Below the pieces are notes generated by a model. It had not been told where the DNA came from. It made no database searches and was given only the letters and a program-made list of their open reading frames with translations. The position numbers and the translations under genes were made by a program. Shown here piece after piece: positions 1 to 9,982 of a stretch of DNA of 64,000 nt; positions within the stretch are counted from its first letter, which is position 1, and each line of letters begins with the position of its first letter. Source of the DNA: Planctomycetota bacterium (lineage in GTDB: Bacteria; Planctomycetota; MHYJ01; WSZJ01); assembly GCA_038060895.1 (NCBI GenBank), contig JBBTCT010000015.1:121616-185615 (forward strand). The letters are read 5' to 3'.

Positions 1-2
1 CC

Positions 3-131
3 CTGCTCCGGCTTCTGCACGAATCTCCGCTGATCGGCGTCCAGGCGATCCGCGAGCTGCACTCGCGGCGGGTGCTGGCGGAGGAGTACTACGTCCGCAG
101 GATCGAGGAGCTCGGGCGCGGAAAAGTCTAG
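3..131 (+). CDS. 3' end of a gene entering from upstream of the window (partial hypothetical protein)
   Basis: Open frame from the window edge (LLRLLHESPLIGVQAIRELHSRRVLAEEYYVRRIEELGRGKV) to TAG at 129-131, GC3-rich codons, convergent with the next gene. Confidence 0.5.
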   Translation: MLRLLHESPLIGVQAIRELHSRRVLAEEYYVRRIEELGRGKV

Positions 132-143
132 GTCTCTCCCCAT

Positions 144-1574
144 TCACTCCGTGGGTTGCGCAACCTCAAAAGGCGGCATGCCGGCCCGGACGCAGGCTTG
201 CTTCATGTCCGCGAGCTTGATTTCGGCCTGCCGCGAGTCGCCGATCTCGAGAACCATCCGAAAGCCCTGAATCCAGCTTTCCCTCGCCGCTTCCACCCGG
301 CCGCGGGTGAGCATGAGGAGCGCGTATTGGCACAGATGAAGGGACTCGAAGCGCCTGCTGCGGACTTCGCGATGAAGGGCCAGCGCGGCCTCGTAGAAAC
401 TCTCCGCTTCATCCAGTCTCCCGGTCTCCGCGTAGAGTGAAGCGAGATTTCCCATCACGATGGCCTCGGAGCGCCGGTTGCCGACTTCCCGGTGAAGCGC
501 CAGCGCGCGCCCGTACGTGCGCTCGGCGTCGGTCGCCCTGCCCGTCGCCTGGTAGAGGCTGGCCAGGTTTCCATACACGATTCCCTCGCCGATCATGTTG
601 CCCACCTCGCGCTTGATTGCGATAGCGGCGTCGTAGGCGCGCTCGGCTTCGTCGAACCGCCCCAACTCCTGGTAGAGCCCGGCCAGGTTGCCCAGCCCGA
701 TGCCCTCGGCGCGCCGGTCGTGGAACTCGCGATTCAGCGCCATGGCCTCCTCGTATCCGCGTTCGGCCTGCTCGACGCGCCCGGTTTCACGGTGCAGTCC
801 CGCCAGGTTTCCGATCTCCAGGCCTTCGGTCCTCCGGTTGCCGCACTGTCGATGAATGGCCAGCGCCTCCTCGTGCGTGCGCTCCGCCAGCTCGACTCTT
901 CCCGTCTGCCGGTAGATGTTGGCCAGGCTCCCCAGCGTCATGCCCACCGCGCCCAGGTCGCCAAGTTTCCGGTGGATGGCGAGCGCCTGCTCGTGGAAGC
1001 GCTGGGCCTGTTCCACCCTTCCCGTTGCGTTGTTCAGGACTCCCAGGTACCCCAGGGCGGCGGCCTCGCCGCCCGGGCTTCCGGCCTCGCGGAAGACGTC
1101 CACCGCTTGCGCCAATAGCGGCTCTGCTCGGCCCATCCCGCCGGCCCGGAAGGCCGCGTGCCCGGCTCGCCGCAGCGACTCGCCCTTCTCCACCCCCGCG
1201 ACAAGTTCTGAATGTTGCTGCCACAGCCGTTCGGAAGACTGATTCTGGAAGTGCCTCGTGGCGTACTCGGCCGCCCTTCCCAGGTAGTGTTTCCTGGCCT
1301 CGAGCATCGCCTTGCCGCGGGCGGCGGCGGCGTGAAGCGCCAGGCCGGCGTGCTCGGCCAATTCCTCCGCGAATGCGTCCACGGGGTGGGGAGGGACATC
1401 CACACTTCGCGAGGATTCCTGCGGAGGGATGTCCGGCCCCGGTCCGCCTGCCAGCTTCTCGATGACCGCAAACGCAATCGCATGCAGTCTCGCGCGGTCG
1501 CCCGGCAGCTGAAGCTGGTAAGCGGCGTCACGCAGCAGTGCGTGGCGGAACAGGTACGCCTTCTCGGCAGTCAC
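144..1574 (-). CDS. TPR protein of the [23 protein letters not shown] family (copy 1)
   Basis: N-terminal [29 protein letters not shown], then 40-aa TPR-like repeats (ALAIHR..GNRR.EG..LGNLA); GATACT 6 nt before the GTG start. Confidence 0.9.
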   Translation of the reverse strand: MTAEKAYLFRHALLRDAAYQLQLPGDRARLHAIAFAVIEKLAGGPGPDIPPQESSRSVDVPPHPVDAFAEELAEHAGLALHAAAARGKAMLEARKHYLGRAAEYATRHFQNQSSERLWQQHSELVAGVEKGESLRRAGHAAFRAGGMGRAEPLLAQAVDVFREAGSPGGEAAALGYLGVLNNATGRVEQAQRFHEQALAIHRKLGDLGAVGMTLGSLANIYRQTGRVELAERTHEEALAIHRQCGNRRTEGLEIGNLAGLHRETGRVEQAERGYEEAMALNREFHDRRAEGIGLGNLAGLYQELGRFDEAERAYDAAIAIKREVGNMIGEGIVYGNLASLYQATGRATDAERTYGRALALHREVGNRRSEAIVMGNLASLYAETGRLDEAESFYEAALALHREVRSRRFESLHLCQYALLMLTRGRVEAARESWIQGFRMVLEIGDSRQAEIKLADMKQACVRAGMPPFEVAQPTE

Positions 1575-1584
1575 GCGGGCAGTA

Positions 1585-2868
1585 TCAGGACGAAAGCAGG
1601 CCGGCGGGCTTGAATTCGTGGTTCGGCAGGACGCCGGCGAGCGCCTCGTTTCCCAGGTGTCCCTTCACGACTTCCGCCATGACATCGCGGAAATCCGTGG
1701 TGTGCATGAGGTCGCGCTTGTCGTGGAGCTGGTCAGGCGCCAGGCCGGGCCAGTTTCCCAGGACGGGCTTGCGTCCCTCGCGCTTGAGCGACGGCCCCAC
1801 CGCGAGCAGCACATTGCCCCATCCGTGGTCCGTGCCGCCGGTGCCGTTTTCTTCCGCGGTGCGGCCGAAGTCGGACATGGTGAGCACGATGACGTCGTCG
1901 GCCTTCTGCCCGAGATCCGTGACGAAGGCCGCGAGCGCTTCCGCCAGTCCCTGCGCGAGATCTCCGTAGGGACCCTGCGCGGCGCCCTGGAACTGGTGCG
2001 TGTCCCATCCGCCGTAATCCACCTCGACGACTTCGAGGCCGACGTCGGCCTTGATCAGGCGCGCGGCCTGCATGAGCTGGCGCGCGATGTCGGTCTGCGG
2101 GTAGGGCATCTTCGGCTCGTATTTCTGCCCGACGATGCCGCGCAGCTTGTCGATTCCTTCGAGCGTCGCCTGGCCGGTGTCCGCGAGCAGGTCGCGCGCG
2201 TCCCCGGTTTTCTTTTTCGCGTCCTTCCGGTACGCGTGCTCGAGCGCCGCGCCGACCGTCGCGCGGTCCGTGCGGCCGTCGGGAAGACTCAGGTCGTCGA
2301 TGCCGCGCACTGCGTAGGCGCAGCACTTGCCGTGCATGATGCGGGGAAGCGCTTCGCCGATCGCGACGGCGCGAATGGGGCCGTGGCCGGTGGAGGTGAG
2401 GAGGTGGCGGTTGACCCATCCGTCGGAGTTGATCGTGTTGCCGGTGACGCCGGTTTCCCAGACGTCCTGTTCCTCGAAGTGGCTCCGGGTGTTGCGGTCG
2501 TGGCCGACGGCGTGGATGGCGGCAGCGGTGCCGTCCTTGAAGAAGGGGAGGAGGGAGGCGAGGCGCGGATTCAGTCCGAAGAATCCGTCGAGATCGATGG
2601 CGCGGCCCTCGGCCTTTTCACGGGAGGGGGAGGGGATCTGGATGGACTTGCGCAGCTTCGCGTAGTTCGGGTCCTTCCACGGGACGACCAGGTTGAGGCC
2701 GTCGACTCCGCCGCGCATGAAGACCAGGACGAGCGTCTTGCCTTTCCTGACGGGCCTTAGCGTGGCCGCGGCGGGTTGATCCTCGGCGAAGAGGTCAAAG
2801 GGAGTGACGCCGAGGTAAGCGCCGATGGCGCCGGAGAGTTTCAGGAAGTAACGGCGGGTTAAGTGCAC
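1585..2868 (-). CDS. DUF1501 domain protein with Tat-like signal
   Basis: TRRYFLK twin-arginine motif; FMRGGVDGLN, GGWDTH, SDFGRT..ENG..GTDHG motifs; AAGGAG RBS before GTG at 2868. Confidence 0.85.
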   Translation of the reverse strand: MHLTRRYFLKLSGAIGAYLGVTPFDLFAEDQPAAATLRPVRKGKTLVLVFMRGGVDGLNLVVPWKDPNYAKLRKSIQIPSPSREKAEGRAIDLDGFFGLNPRLASLLPFFKDGTAAAIHAVGHDRNTRSHFEEQDVWETGVTGNTINSDGWVNRHLLTSTGHGPIRAVAIGEALPRIMHGKCCAYAVRGIDDLSLPDGRTDRATVGAALEHAYRKDAKKKTGDARDLLADTGQATLEGIDKLRGIVGQKYEPKMPYPQTDIARQLMQAARLIKADVGLEVVEVDYGGWDTHQFQGAAQGPYGDLAQGLAEALAAFVTDLGQKADDVIVLTMSDFGRTAEENGTGGTDHGWGNVLLAVGPSLKREGRKPVLGNWPGLAPDQLHDKRDLMHTTDFRDVMAEVVKGHLGNEALAGVLPNHEFKPAGLLSS

Positions 2869-2902
2869 GGTGAGCTCCTTGGGAGGAGAAAAACGGCCAG
2901 GA

Positions 2903-2982
2903 CTAACTCCAAATCCCAACCCCAATACGCTCGATCAGGTGGCCGCTTTTTTGGGGTTGGGGTTGGAGTTGGGATTTAGCCT
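2903..2982. repeat. Intergenic imperfect palindrome built from CCCCAA/TTGGGG hexamers (REP-like family A)
   Basis: ctaactccaaatcccaaccccaa ... ttggggttggggttggagttgggatttag; a related element lies at 34351-34453. Confidence 0.7.
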
Positions 2983-2988
2983 TAACTT

Positions 2989-5900
2989 CTACTTCAACCC
3001 CACTTCAGGCAATTGCCCGACAAAACTCGCCGCTTCTTTCGCAAGCTCGTCGCGGTTTCCCTTGCACGCCTTCATCACGGACATCGCCGCTTCATTTGAT
3101 TCTTCGCTGAGCACTTTCCCGGTCAACTTCACGGCCACCACGTCGATCAGCCACTGCTTCTGCTCTTCCGTCGTTTTTGTCTCCGCGTTCCAACGGAACG
3201 GATTCGGCACCGTCGTGGACAGGATCCACTCGTTTTCCCGTGCGAACTTCCAGCGCTGAAGCGTCGCGTTCGTGCTGGTCCACGCGGTGTCCTCCTCCTG
3301 GAACCCGTCCGGCGTCGGGCGGTCGTAGACGCCGGCGCCGCTCCGGGCGCAGAGGTCGATGACCTGCCAGGGGAGGCGGAAGTTGACGCACCGCGAGAGG
3401 CGCGCGGCGTGGTCGAACGGCGGCGCGATGCGCTCTTTCAGGCCTTCCCTGAAAAAGGCCGGGTGCTTCGCGAGAGCGAGCAGCACTTCCTTCATGTCGC
3501 CGTCCGTCTCGAGGTAGACCTTCGCAAGATCCGCCGTCACTTCTTCCGGAGGCGGCCAGCAGATGTAATGCGCCACGAGTTTCGAGCAGACGAACGTCGC
3601 CGTCGAAGGATGCCCGGCGAGCAGTTCGACGGCCATGCGTGCGCGGTCGAATCTCTCCGCGGGGCTGGCCTTGGGGAAAACCATCCCGATGAAGCGCTGG
3701 GGGCGCGCGTCGCAGAGCGCGGGATCGAACCGCCACTTCCAGTCGTCGGCGTACCCGGCTTTCTTGCCGTCGCCTTCGTTGGAGTACATCCAGCCCGTGA
3801 GGATGTTGGCGAGCGCCGTGACGTCCTTCTGTTCGTATCCGCCATGGACGCCGACGGTGTGGAGCTCGCAGATTTCGCGCGCGTAGTTCTCGTTGAGGTT
3901 GCGCGCGAACGAGAACTGCTGGTCGAGGTACTGCATCATGCACGGGCTCGTCGCCGACGCGAACAGCAGGTCGCGGAACGGCGCGGCCCCGAGGCGCGTG
4001 AAGACGCGGCGTTCCTGCCATTCGGCGCGGCCGCCGGTCTTTCGGATCCAGGTTGAGAAGTGGTTGTCGGTCCAGCGGACGAAGCGGGTGCGGACCGGGT
4101 TGGGGGTGGCGACGGCGTGATAGGCGTCGCGCCCCATGACGTCGTACGCATCGTTGCGGCCGTCGAACACGATGCCCGCGGCGGCCAGGGCGGAAGCGTC
4201 GCCCGGGTCGTCGGGTCCGCGAGAAAGTCGATCGGCGAGGTACGCCTCTTCTCCCATCGTGAGGACGGAAGCCAGCTCTTCCGCATCCGGGCCCCAGGCG
4301 AACCGGTTGAGGAGGTGGACGGCGCGCTCGTAGCGCGTGATCGTTTCCGGCGCCTTTTCAGGCACGACGAACGTGCGTTCCTTCGATCTTCCTTCATGGC
4401 CCGAAGTGTCGTTCGCGATGACGACCAGCTTGTGTTCGCCGGGGGCAAGGCCGCGCGCGAGCAGCGGCATCGTGACGCGTCCGAACTTTCCCAGCATCTC
4501 GCCGCGGATCCCGGTCCGCTTGCCGTCGATTTCGGTGTCCACCCACGCGACCCCGAAGTCGTCCACCGGCATGGCGACCACGGCGTCCTGCATCCAGACT
4601 TCCGCGCCCTCGGGCGGCCAGGCGATCTTCACGCGCGGACCGCGCCCGTCGGCCGCGGGCGGCGCGCCCACGAGAATCAAACCCTGCAGCATGAAGTTGC
4701 GGTCGCCCTTCCCCTCGTCGTACTTGTCGTTGATGAAGGAAATCGAGAGCGTCTTCTTTCCGTCGGGAAGCGCCAGGAGGCCGGTGAGGTGCGGGTTCCA
4801 CCATCCTCCGACGTCGATGGAGTTGACCTTGATGTCCTTGCCCCCGGCGTGCAGCACGACGTCCACTTTCGGCGCGCCGTCATAGTGGTCGCCCTTGGCC
4901 TCGATCCAGAGGAGGAACGGGCCGCTCATTCGCTCGGGAAGCGTGAGCGTTGCCGTGCCGTTGGAGGCGAAGCGCGCGTTGAGTTTTTCTGGGCAATCGC
5001 CCTCGGTCGTCAGCGCCTTTCGCGTCTCGTTGTCCCATGCGCGGTCCCGGACGGGGAACCGCAGGAAGGCCATCGGCTTCCGCGCCGCCGCATCCTTCCA
5101 CGGCGGGCGCCATGTCACGCGCTGGACTGGCGTGCGCACCGTCGTGCCGTCGTCGAGCATCGCCACGATCTGGAGCGTGTTCTCGCCTTCCTTCAAGTGC
5201 GCGGGGTCGAGCCACCACTTCGGCGTCGCAGAATGCTGCGAAGAAACGCCCGCGCCGTTCACCAGCAGCTCCACCTTCGGCCCCGCCGACTTTTCCATCC
5301 GGCGCCACCAAGTCACGCCGTTGATCTCGACCGTGCCGGGGATCTGTTTGCCGTCAATGTTGTCCGCGAACGCGACGCGCAACGAACCCCACGCGTCCCG
5401 CCCCGGCGCCATCCCCGCCGGCTGCACCATCGGTCCGCCCGGGTCGCTTCCTTCGCCCGCGCCGCCCTTCGGCCGATCGACGCGCACGATGTCCAGCCGG
5501 TCCAGGAAGAGGTTCCGGTCGGCCGGGACGCCTGCGGCGAAGAAGTCATTGAGGAAATACGGCGTCAGGACGCGCTCGCCTTTGTCGAGCCGCACCGGCA
5601 CGCCCATCAGCACGCGATGCCAGTTCTCGTCGATCAGCCGCACGTTGGTCGCGGGCGGATCCTTGCCGTCGATGATCAGCCCGACGGTTGGAAACGCGCC
5701 ACCCGCGAATGACCCCTTCGCCAGCAGGGCGATCTGGTACCAGCCCGCCGATTCCACGGTGACGTGGAAACACGGGACTGGCTCCGCACCATACAGGTTC
5801 ACGTACTCCTCACCGCTCGCCGTGGTGTCAGGGGCGATGTACAGCGGGTCCTTGTTGAAGCGGTCCGGGCGCTTCGATTCGCGCTGGTCTTCCGCTTCCA

Positions 5901-6597
5901 TTTCGATCGCCTCTCCGTCCGGCGGCTTGAGGACGGTGACGACGATGGTCTCGCCCTCGGTTTCGGTCCCGTCGGACTGGTGGAGGATCGGTGTGATTTC
6001 GAGCGGGCCGGGGTCGAACCCGGAGACGTCCATGTCGTAGAGAATTCGCAGGGTCGGGCCCCACGCCGTCCCGCTGACGCGCCGGGGGATCCGCTGCCCG
6101 CCGGGATTGAGCCGCAGCGCGTGAGTCGCGCCCGGCCCGCCTGCTTCGGCATCGACTTCAACGCCGACCGCGAGCTTTCCCCACGCGATGGCGCCGTCGG
6201 CAGGGCCGACGACCTCGGGACGGGCGGCGGAAGGGACGCGCGCTTCGACGACCTTGACGGTGATCGAAGCGTCGCCGATGCGAAGAGGCGTTTCGCCGGC
6301 CTTCAGGCCTCGCACACGCAGGTACCCCATCGTGCGGCCCTTCAGCACGGCCGGCGCCGCGACCACTTCGAGCAGGGAAGGGTCGCCGACTTCGACCGGA
6401 GGCGCGGCGTCCTTTTCAGGCGCCGTTTCCACGCCGAACGCGATGATCCGCGTCCTGCCGACCTCGGCCACCGTCCGCGCGCTGAACCATTTCACGGCCG
6501 GGGGCGCCGCCCGTAGCAGAAGGGGCAAGGCGGCCAGCGCTGCGACCAGTGTCCCGGCGGCGAACAGGATCGGGGCGCGGAATCGGGCGATGGGCAT
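2989..6597 (-). CDS. DUF1800 domain protein with a large exported N-terminal extension (Ig-like and carbohydrate-binding-like modules)
   Basis: C-terminal HLLNRFAWGP, NHFST, M..YLD, NENYARE..ELHT.G motifs of DUF1800; signal peptide; two ND.....DRN[LF] motifs; upstream of DUF1501 as is usual. Confidence 0.8.
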   Translation of the reverse strand: MPIARFRAPILFAAGTLVAALAALPLLLRAAPPAVKWFSARTVAEVGRTRIIAFGVETAPEKDAAPPVEVGDPSLLEVVAAPAVLKGRTMGYLRVRGLKAGETPLRIGDASITVKVVEARVPSAARPEVVGPADGAIAWGKLAVGVEVDAEAGGPGATHALRLNPGGQRIPRRVSGTAWGPTLRILYDMDVSGFDPGPLEITPILHQSDGTETEGETIVVTVLKPPDGEAIEMEAEDQRESKRPDRFNKDPLYIAPDTTASGEEYVNLYGAEPVPCFHVTVESAGWYQIALLAKGSFAGGAFPTVGLIIDGKDPPATNVRLIDENWHRVLMGVPVRLDKGERVLTPYFLNDFFAAGVPADRNLFLDRLDIVRVDRPKGGAGEGSDPGGPMVQPAGMAPGRDAWGSLRVAFADNIDGKQIPGTVEINGVTWWRRMEKSAGPKVELLVNGAGVSSQHSATPKWWLDPAHLKEGENTLQIVAMLDDGTTVRTPVQRVTWRPPWKDAAARKPMAFLRFPVRDRAWDNETRKALTTEGDCPEKLNARFASNGTATLTLPERMSGPFLLWIEAKGDHYDGAPKVDVVLHAGGKDIKVNSIDVGGWWNPHLTGLLALPDGKKTLSISFINDKYDEGKGDRNFMLQGLILVGAPPAADGRGPRVKIAWPPEGAEVWMQDAVVAMPVDDFGVAWVDTEIDGKRTGIRGEMLGKFGRVTMPLLARGLAPGEHKLVVIANDTSGHEGRSKERTFVVPEKAPETITRYERAVHLLNRFAWGPDAEELASVLTMGEEAYLADRLSRGPDDPGDASALAAAGIVFDGRNDAYDVMGRDAYHAVATPNPVRTRFVRWTDNHFSTWIRKTGGRAEWQERRVFTRLGAAPFRDLLFASATSPCMMQYLDQQFSFARNLNENYAREICELHTVGVHGGYEQKDVTALANILTGWMYSNEGDGKKAGYADDWKWRFDPALCDARPQRFIGMVFPKASPAERFDRARMAVELLAGHPSTATFVCSKLVAHYICWPPPEEVTADLAKVYLETDGDMKEVLLALAKHPAFFREGLKERIAPPFDHAARLSRCVNFRLPWQVIDLCARSGAGVYDRPTPDGFQEEDTAWTSTNATLQRWKFARENEWILSTTVPNPFRWNAETKTTEEQKQWLIDVVAVKLTGKVLSEESNEAAMSVMKACKGNRDELAKEAASFVGQLPEVGLK

Positions 6598-6630
6598 GGA
6601 TCCCCCCTGTTTCTCAATGCATTGAATTCG

Positions 6631-6665
6631 AGGGCCTGAGCGAGCGAAGCGAGTCGAACGGCCTT
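6631..6665. repeat. Short REP-like element (cctgagcgagcgaagcgagtcgaa, family B)
   Basis: Similar to the element inserted at 32760-32828. Confidence 0.5.
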
Positions 6666-6722
6666 GTCGCCGGGCGGCCCCCTACTATACAGCGGTCGAC
6701 GAAGGGAGGTTTCGGTTCATTC

Positions 6723-7745
6723 TCAGGCCGGGAAGAGCGCGCCCTGGGCAGAGGGCTGCCGGAAGGTCGTCGGTCCTCCGGTCAACCCGGACGGGTCCAT
6801 CCCGAGTTTTGCGCGCCAGATTTCGAAGAGCCGCGCGATCGAGTCCCAGCGGGGCCCGCTGCCGCGCATCCGCGTGCCGAAGCGCGGATCGTTGAGTTTC
6901 CCGCCGCGGACGTCCTCGACGGCGTGGCGCACGCGATTGACGCGATGCGGCAATTCCGAAGCAAGTCGCTCGAAGAAGATTTCCTTCACTTCGGACGGCA
7001 GCCGAAGGAGGACGTAAAACGCCGAGGTCGCGCCGGCTTCGCGCGAACGCTTGAGGATCTCCGGGATCTGGCTCTCGTTCAGCCCCGGAATGATGGGGGA
7101 GACCGAGACGCCGACCGGAATTCCGGCAGCGGCCAGCGCGCGCATCGCGTCCCACCGCGCCTGCGGCGCCGGGGCCCACGGTTCGATCTTCCGCGCCATC
7201 GCAGCGTCAGCGAACGGGATGCTGAAGTAGACGGCGGCCCTGGCTTCGCGCGCAAGGGCCGTGAGGACATCGGAATCGCGGCGGATCAACGCGGCCTTCG
7301 TGATGATGCCGACGGGATTCCGGAATTCGAGGCACACCTCGAGGCACCGCCGCGTCACCCGGTATTCCGCTTCAAGGGGCTGATAACAGTCCGTGTTCCC
7401 GCTGAACGTGACGTTTTCCCCGGCCCAGGATCTCTTCCGGAATCCCTCCCTCAACTTCTCGGGCGCGTTCACCTTCACGACGATCTTCCGCTCGAAGTCG
7501 GTCCCCGCGCCGAAGTCCCAGTACTGGTGCGACGGCCTGGCGTAGCAGTAGGCGCATCCGTGAATGCAGCCGCGGTAGGGGTTGACGGACCAGCGGAAGC
7601 CGACGTCGGGGGAGTCGTTCTCGACGAGAACGGACTTCGCGAGCTCTTCGAAGACTTCGAGCTTCGCCGGGGGAGGCGCATCGACGAACTCGTGCTGAAG
7701 TAAATTCCAGCGGCGAGGGGGGTTGACAACCGGGCGCAAAGGCAT
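6723..7745 (-). CDS. Radical SAM protein, PA0069/Rv2578c-like (spore photoproduct lyase-related) family
   Basis: NPYRGCIHGCAYCYAR (CxxxCxxC), DFERKI.VK.N, TDCYQP.E motifs; start placed at MPLRPV. Confidence 0.85.
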   Translation of the reverse strand: MPLRPVVNPPRRWNLLQHEFVDAPPPAKLEVFEELAKSVLVENDSPDVGFRWSVNPYRGCIHGCAYCYARPSHQYWDFGAGTDFERKIVVKVNAPEKLREGFRKRSWAGENVTFSGNTDCYQPLEAEYRVTRRCLEVCLEFRNPVGIITKAALIRRDSDVLTALAREARAAVYFSIPFADAAMARKIEPWAPAPQARWDAMRALAAAGIPVGVSVSPIIPGLNESQIPEILKRSREAGATSAFYVLLRLPSEVKEIFFERLASELPHRVNRVRHAVEDVRGGKLNDPRFGTRMRGSGPRWDSIARLFEIWRAKLGMDPSGLTGGPTTFRQPSAQGALFPA

Positions 7746-7797
7746 ACCTAACATCAGACGAACATATTGATTCCCGATCAAGGAGAATTGGTCAAAG

Positions 7798-9120
7798 TCA
7801 AGCCGCCTGCCCGTCCACGGACGCGGAATCGCTTCGCCGTTTAATCCACTCAACGGCGGCTCCGACGCCGCCGGCGAGCCAGAGGAACGCGAAAGGGAGC
7901 GTGGTGAGGGCAAACCGCGGCTCGACGCCGGTCGGCCCGATGGGCTGGGCGGTGAGGACGGTGTCGAGCGTCAGGATGAAAGCAAACGGCAGCAACGCGA
8001 CAAGCCCGGCGCCGATGACGAAGGCCGCTTCCCATCGACGCATCCACGCGAGTCCCGCGGCAGCGAGCGGGACGAGCCAGGCGAGCCACGCGCGGTCGGC
8101 GAGGAGGCGCGTGAGGTAGCGCGTGTAGCCGGCCCACAGGCCGGAGACGTAGCGCACGGCGACTTCCGGAAGCGAGTGCAGGCCGAAGACGTAGTGGAAC
8201 GGAGTTTCGGGCGCACCGCAGTATGAGTTCGCGACAACATCGGCGCGCGTCGGGAATCCCGGCTGCCCGGCGAATTCGTGATTGCGCCAGAATTGCGCGT
8301 GGTTCTGCATCGGGTGAAGGGGGCTTCCGGTTTTTGCGGTGTTGTAGATGAGGTACGGCGACGCGAGAAGCCAGACGCCCGCGACGATCCCGGGCGCAAG
8401 CCAGGCGTCCGCGCGAACGAATCGCTTCGAAGCGGCGCGCGCCGCGGCCCAGAGGCCGACGAGAAGCGTGGCGGTCCCGAGTCCTTCGAGGCGGGTGAGG
8501 GCGAGAAGCGCTCCCGCGGCGGCCGCGGCCGCGGCAAGGACGAGGCGGGCTCGGCGCCTCTCAGGAGGCACCCGAAAGAGCATGACCAGCGCCGAGACCA
8601 GCCCGAGCGTGCACGCCGCCGCGATGTCTTCGCGCAGGAATCCGACGCCGTAGAGCGACAGCCAGAGATTGTCGGCCCAGAGGAGGGAAGCGACGAGGGC
8701 GCCGCAGCGTCCCGCGACGAGCAGTGCGCACCCGAAGAGGGCGCCCATTGCCATCAGGCCGTGGACGATCGACCAGCGGCGCAGCATGGCGTGGTTCTCA
8801 AGGACGCGCTGGCGCGCCGCGTCGTCGCGCGCTTCTTCCATCAGCCCGGCGTCCAGATCTCCGCCAACGGCCAGCGCGATGCGCCCGTCGGCGACGATCA
8901 CCGGCTCCCGCTCGGTCGAGAACCCGGGAAGCGGCGTGCGCATCGCCAGCCGGTAGTAGGACGACGCGTCCCCCGACAGGTGCGGCGTCGCACCCTCGAT
9001 TTCTCCCGCAAGAACCGCTTCCGCAATTTCGAGCCGGCGGATCGTCGCAAGGACCAGCAGCAGCACAAACGCCGCGAGCGTCGCTATCCATCGGGCTTTT
9101 TCGCTCGGCGGCCACTTCAT
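7798..9120 (-). CDS. Polytopic membrane protein, possibly a GT-C fold glycosyltransferase
   Basis: Many hydrophobic segments, GD..SY loop after the first TM segment, C-terminal EPRF; function uncertain. Confidence 0.6.
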   Translation of the reverse strand: MKWPPSEKARWIATLAAFVLLLVLATIRRLEIAEAVLAGEIEGATPHLSGDASSYYRLAMRTPLPGFSTEREPVIVADGRIALAVGGDLDAGLMEEARDDAARQRVLENHAMLRRWSIVHGLMAMGALFGCALLVAGRCGALVASLLWADNLWLSLYGVGFLREDIAAACTLGLVSALVMLFRVPPERRRARLVLAAAAAAAGALLALTRLEGLGTATLLVGLWAAARAASKRFVRADAWLAPGIVAGVWLLASPYLIYNTAKTGSPLHPMQNHAQFWRNHEFAGQPGFPTRADVVANSYCGAPETPFHYVFGLHSLPEVAVRYVSGLWAGYTRYLTRLLADRAWLAWLVPLAAAGLAWMRRWEAAFVIGAGLVALLPFAFILTLDTVLTAQPIGPTGVEPRFALTTLPFAFLWLAGGVGAAVEWIKRRSDSASVDGQAA

Positions 9121-9193
9121 GAAGCGGGATTGTCGCGGCGGCGCGGTTGCAGCGCGACTGGAATCAAAGGGAAGTGGGGCGCATAATCCGGCG

Positions 9194-9979
9194 ATGCGGA
9201 TCTTCCTCACGACGATGTTCCTGTGGCCGGCCTGCCTGGCACTCGCCGAGGAACCCGTGACCCTCGCGTGGAACGTCGCCGAGGGCGACAGTTTCCTTCT
9301 TCAGATCGTTTCGGACCGCCGCGCGGAAATGCAGAGCGGGAAGCAGCCCTTGCCTCTCGCGACCAGGTTCCAGATCACGATCACGGGGGCGCTGACGGTC
9401 GGAGCCGCCGCGGAAGACGGAGCCCGCAAGTTCGAATTCAGCTTCGCATCCCTCGAGGGGACGGTTGAAGCTCTCGGCGTGAAGTTGTCGATTTCCGAAA
9501 AGCCCGAGGATATTTCCGGCAAAAAGATCTCCGCGACTCTCAGCGCTGCCGGGCAACTGACCTGGGACGAAGAGGCGCTGAAGAAAGTGGCCGAGGGCAT
9601 CGACCTCAACGAGGATTTCGCCCACCTCCTGCCGGCGCTTCCCAAAGCACCTGTCCGTCCCAACGAATCCTGGGAAGCGGAAGTCGACCGGCACACGAAC
9701 ACGTGCGAGCTGGTTCGGCGCGAGGTCACGGAGAAGGGTCCCACGGCCGTGCTGAAGGGAAAGTCGAAGGCCGACGAGACCAGCGGGGAGGGCGACCTGA
9801 AATCCTCGCTTCGAGTCGATGGGACATTCTCGGGTGAATGGGACCTGGACCGCGGGTACCTGAGAGTTTTCGACGAGACGAGAACGGAAGAAGCGAAAAT
9901 CGTGACGAAGGACTCGGTGCTCATCACGAAGTCCGAGGTGAAGCGGCGGGTCGTGCTGGGGAAAGTGAAACGCGACTGA
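9194..9979 (+). CDS. Exported hypothetical protein
   Basis: Signal peptide MRIFLTTMFLWPACLALA; CATAAT 6 nt before ATG; LPKAPV.P.ESW motif. Confidence 0.75.
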   Translation: MRIFLTTMFLWPACLALAEEPVTLAWNVAEGDSFLLQIVSDRRAEMQSGKQPLPLATRFQITITGALTVGAAAEDGARKFEFSFASLEGTVEALGVKLSISEKPEDISGKKISATLSAAGQLTWDEEALKKVAEGIDLNEDFAHLLPALPKAPVRPNESWEAEVDRHTNTCELVRREVTEKGPTAVLKGKSKADETSGEGDLKSSLRVDGTFSGEWDLDRGYLRVFDETRTEEAKIVTKDSVLITKSEVKRRVVLGKVKRD

Positions 9980-9982
9980 GGT

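Noticed and set aside
7746-7800. LexA/SOS box upstream of the radical SAM gene (AT-rich, contains GAAC/GTTC)
   Set aside because: Only a half-site is evident and no complete known LexA palindrome or direct repeat; plausible but unsupported.
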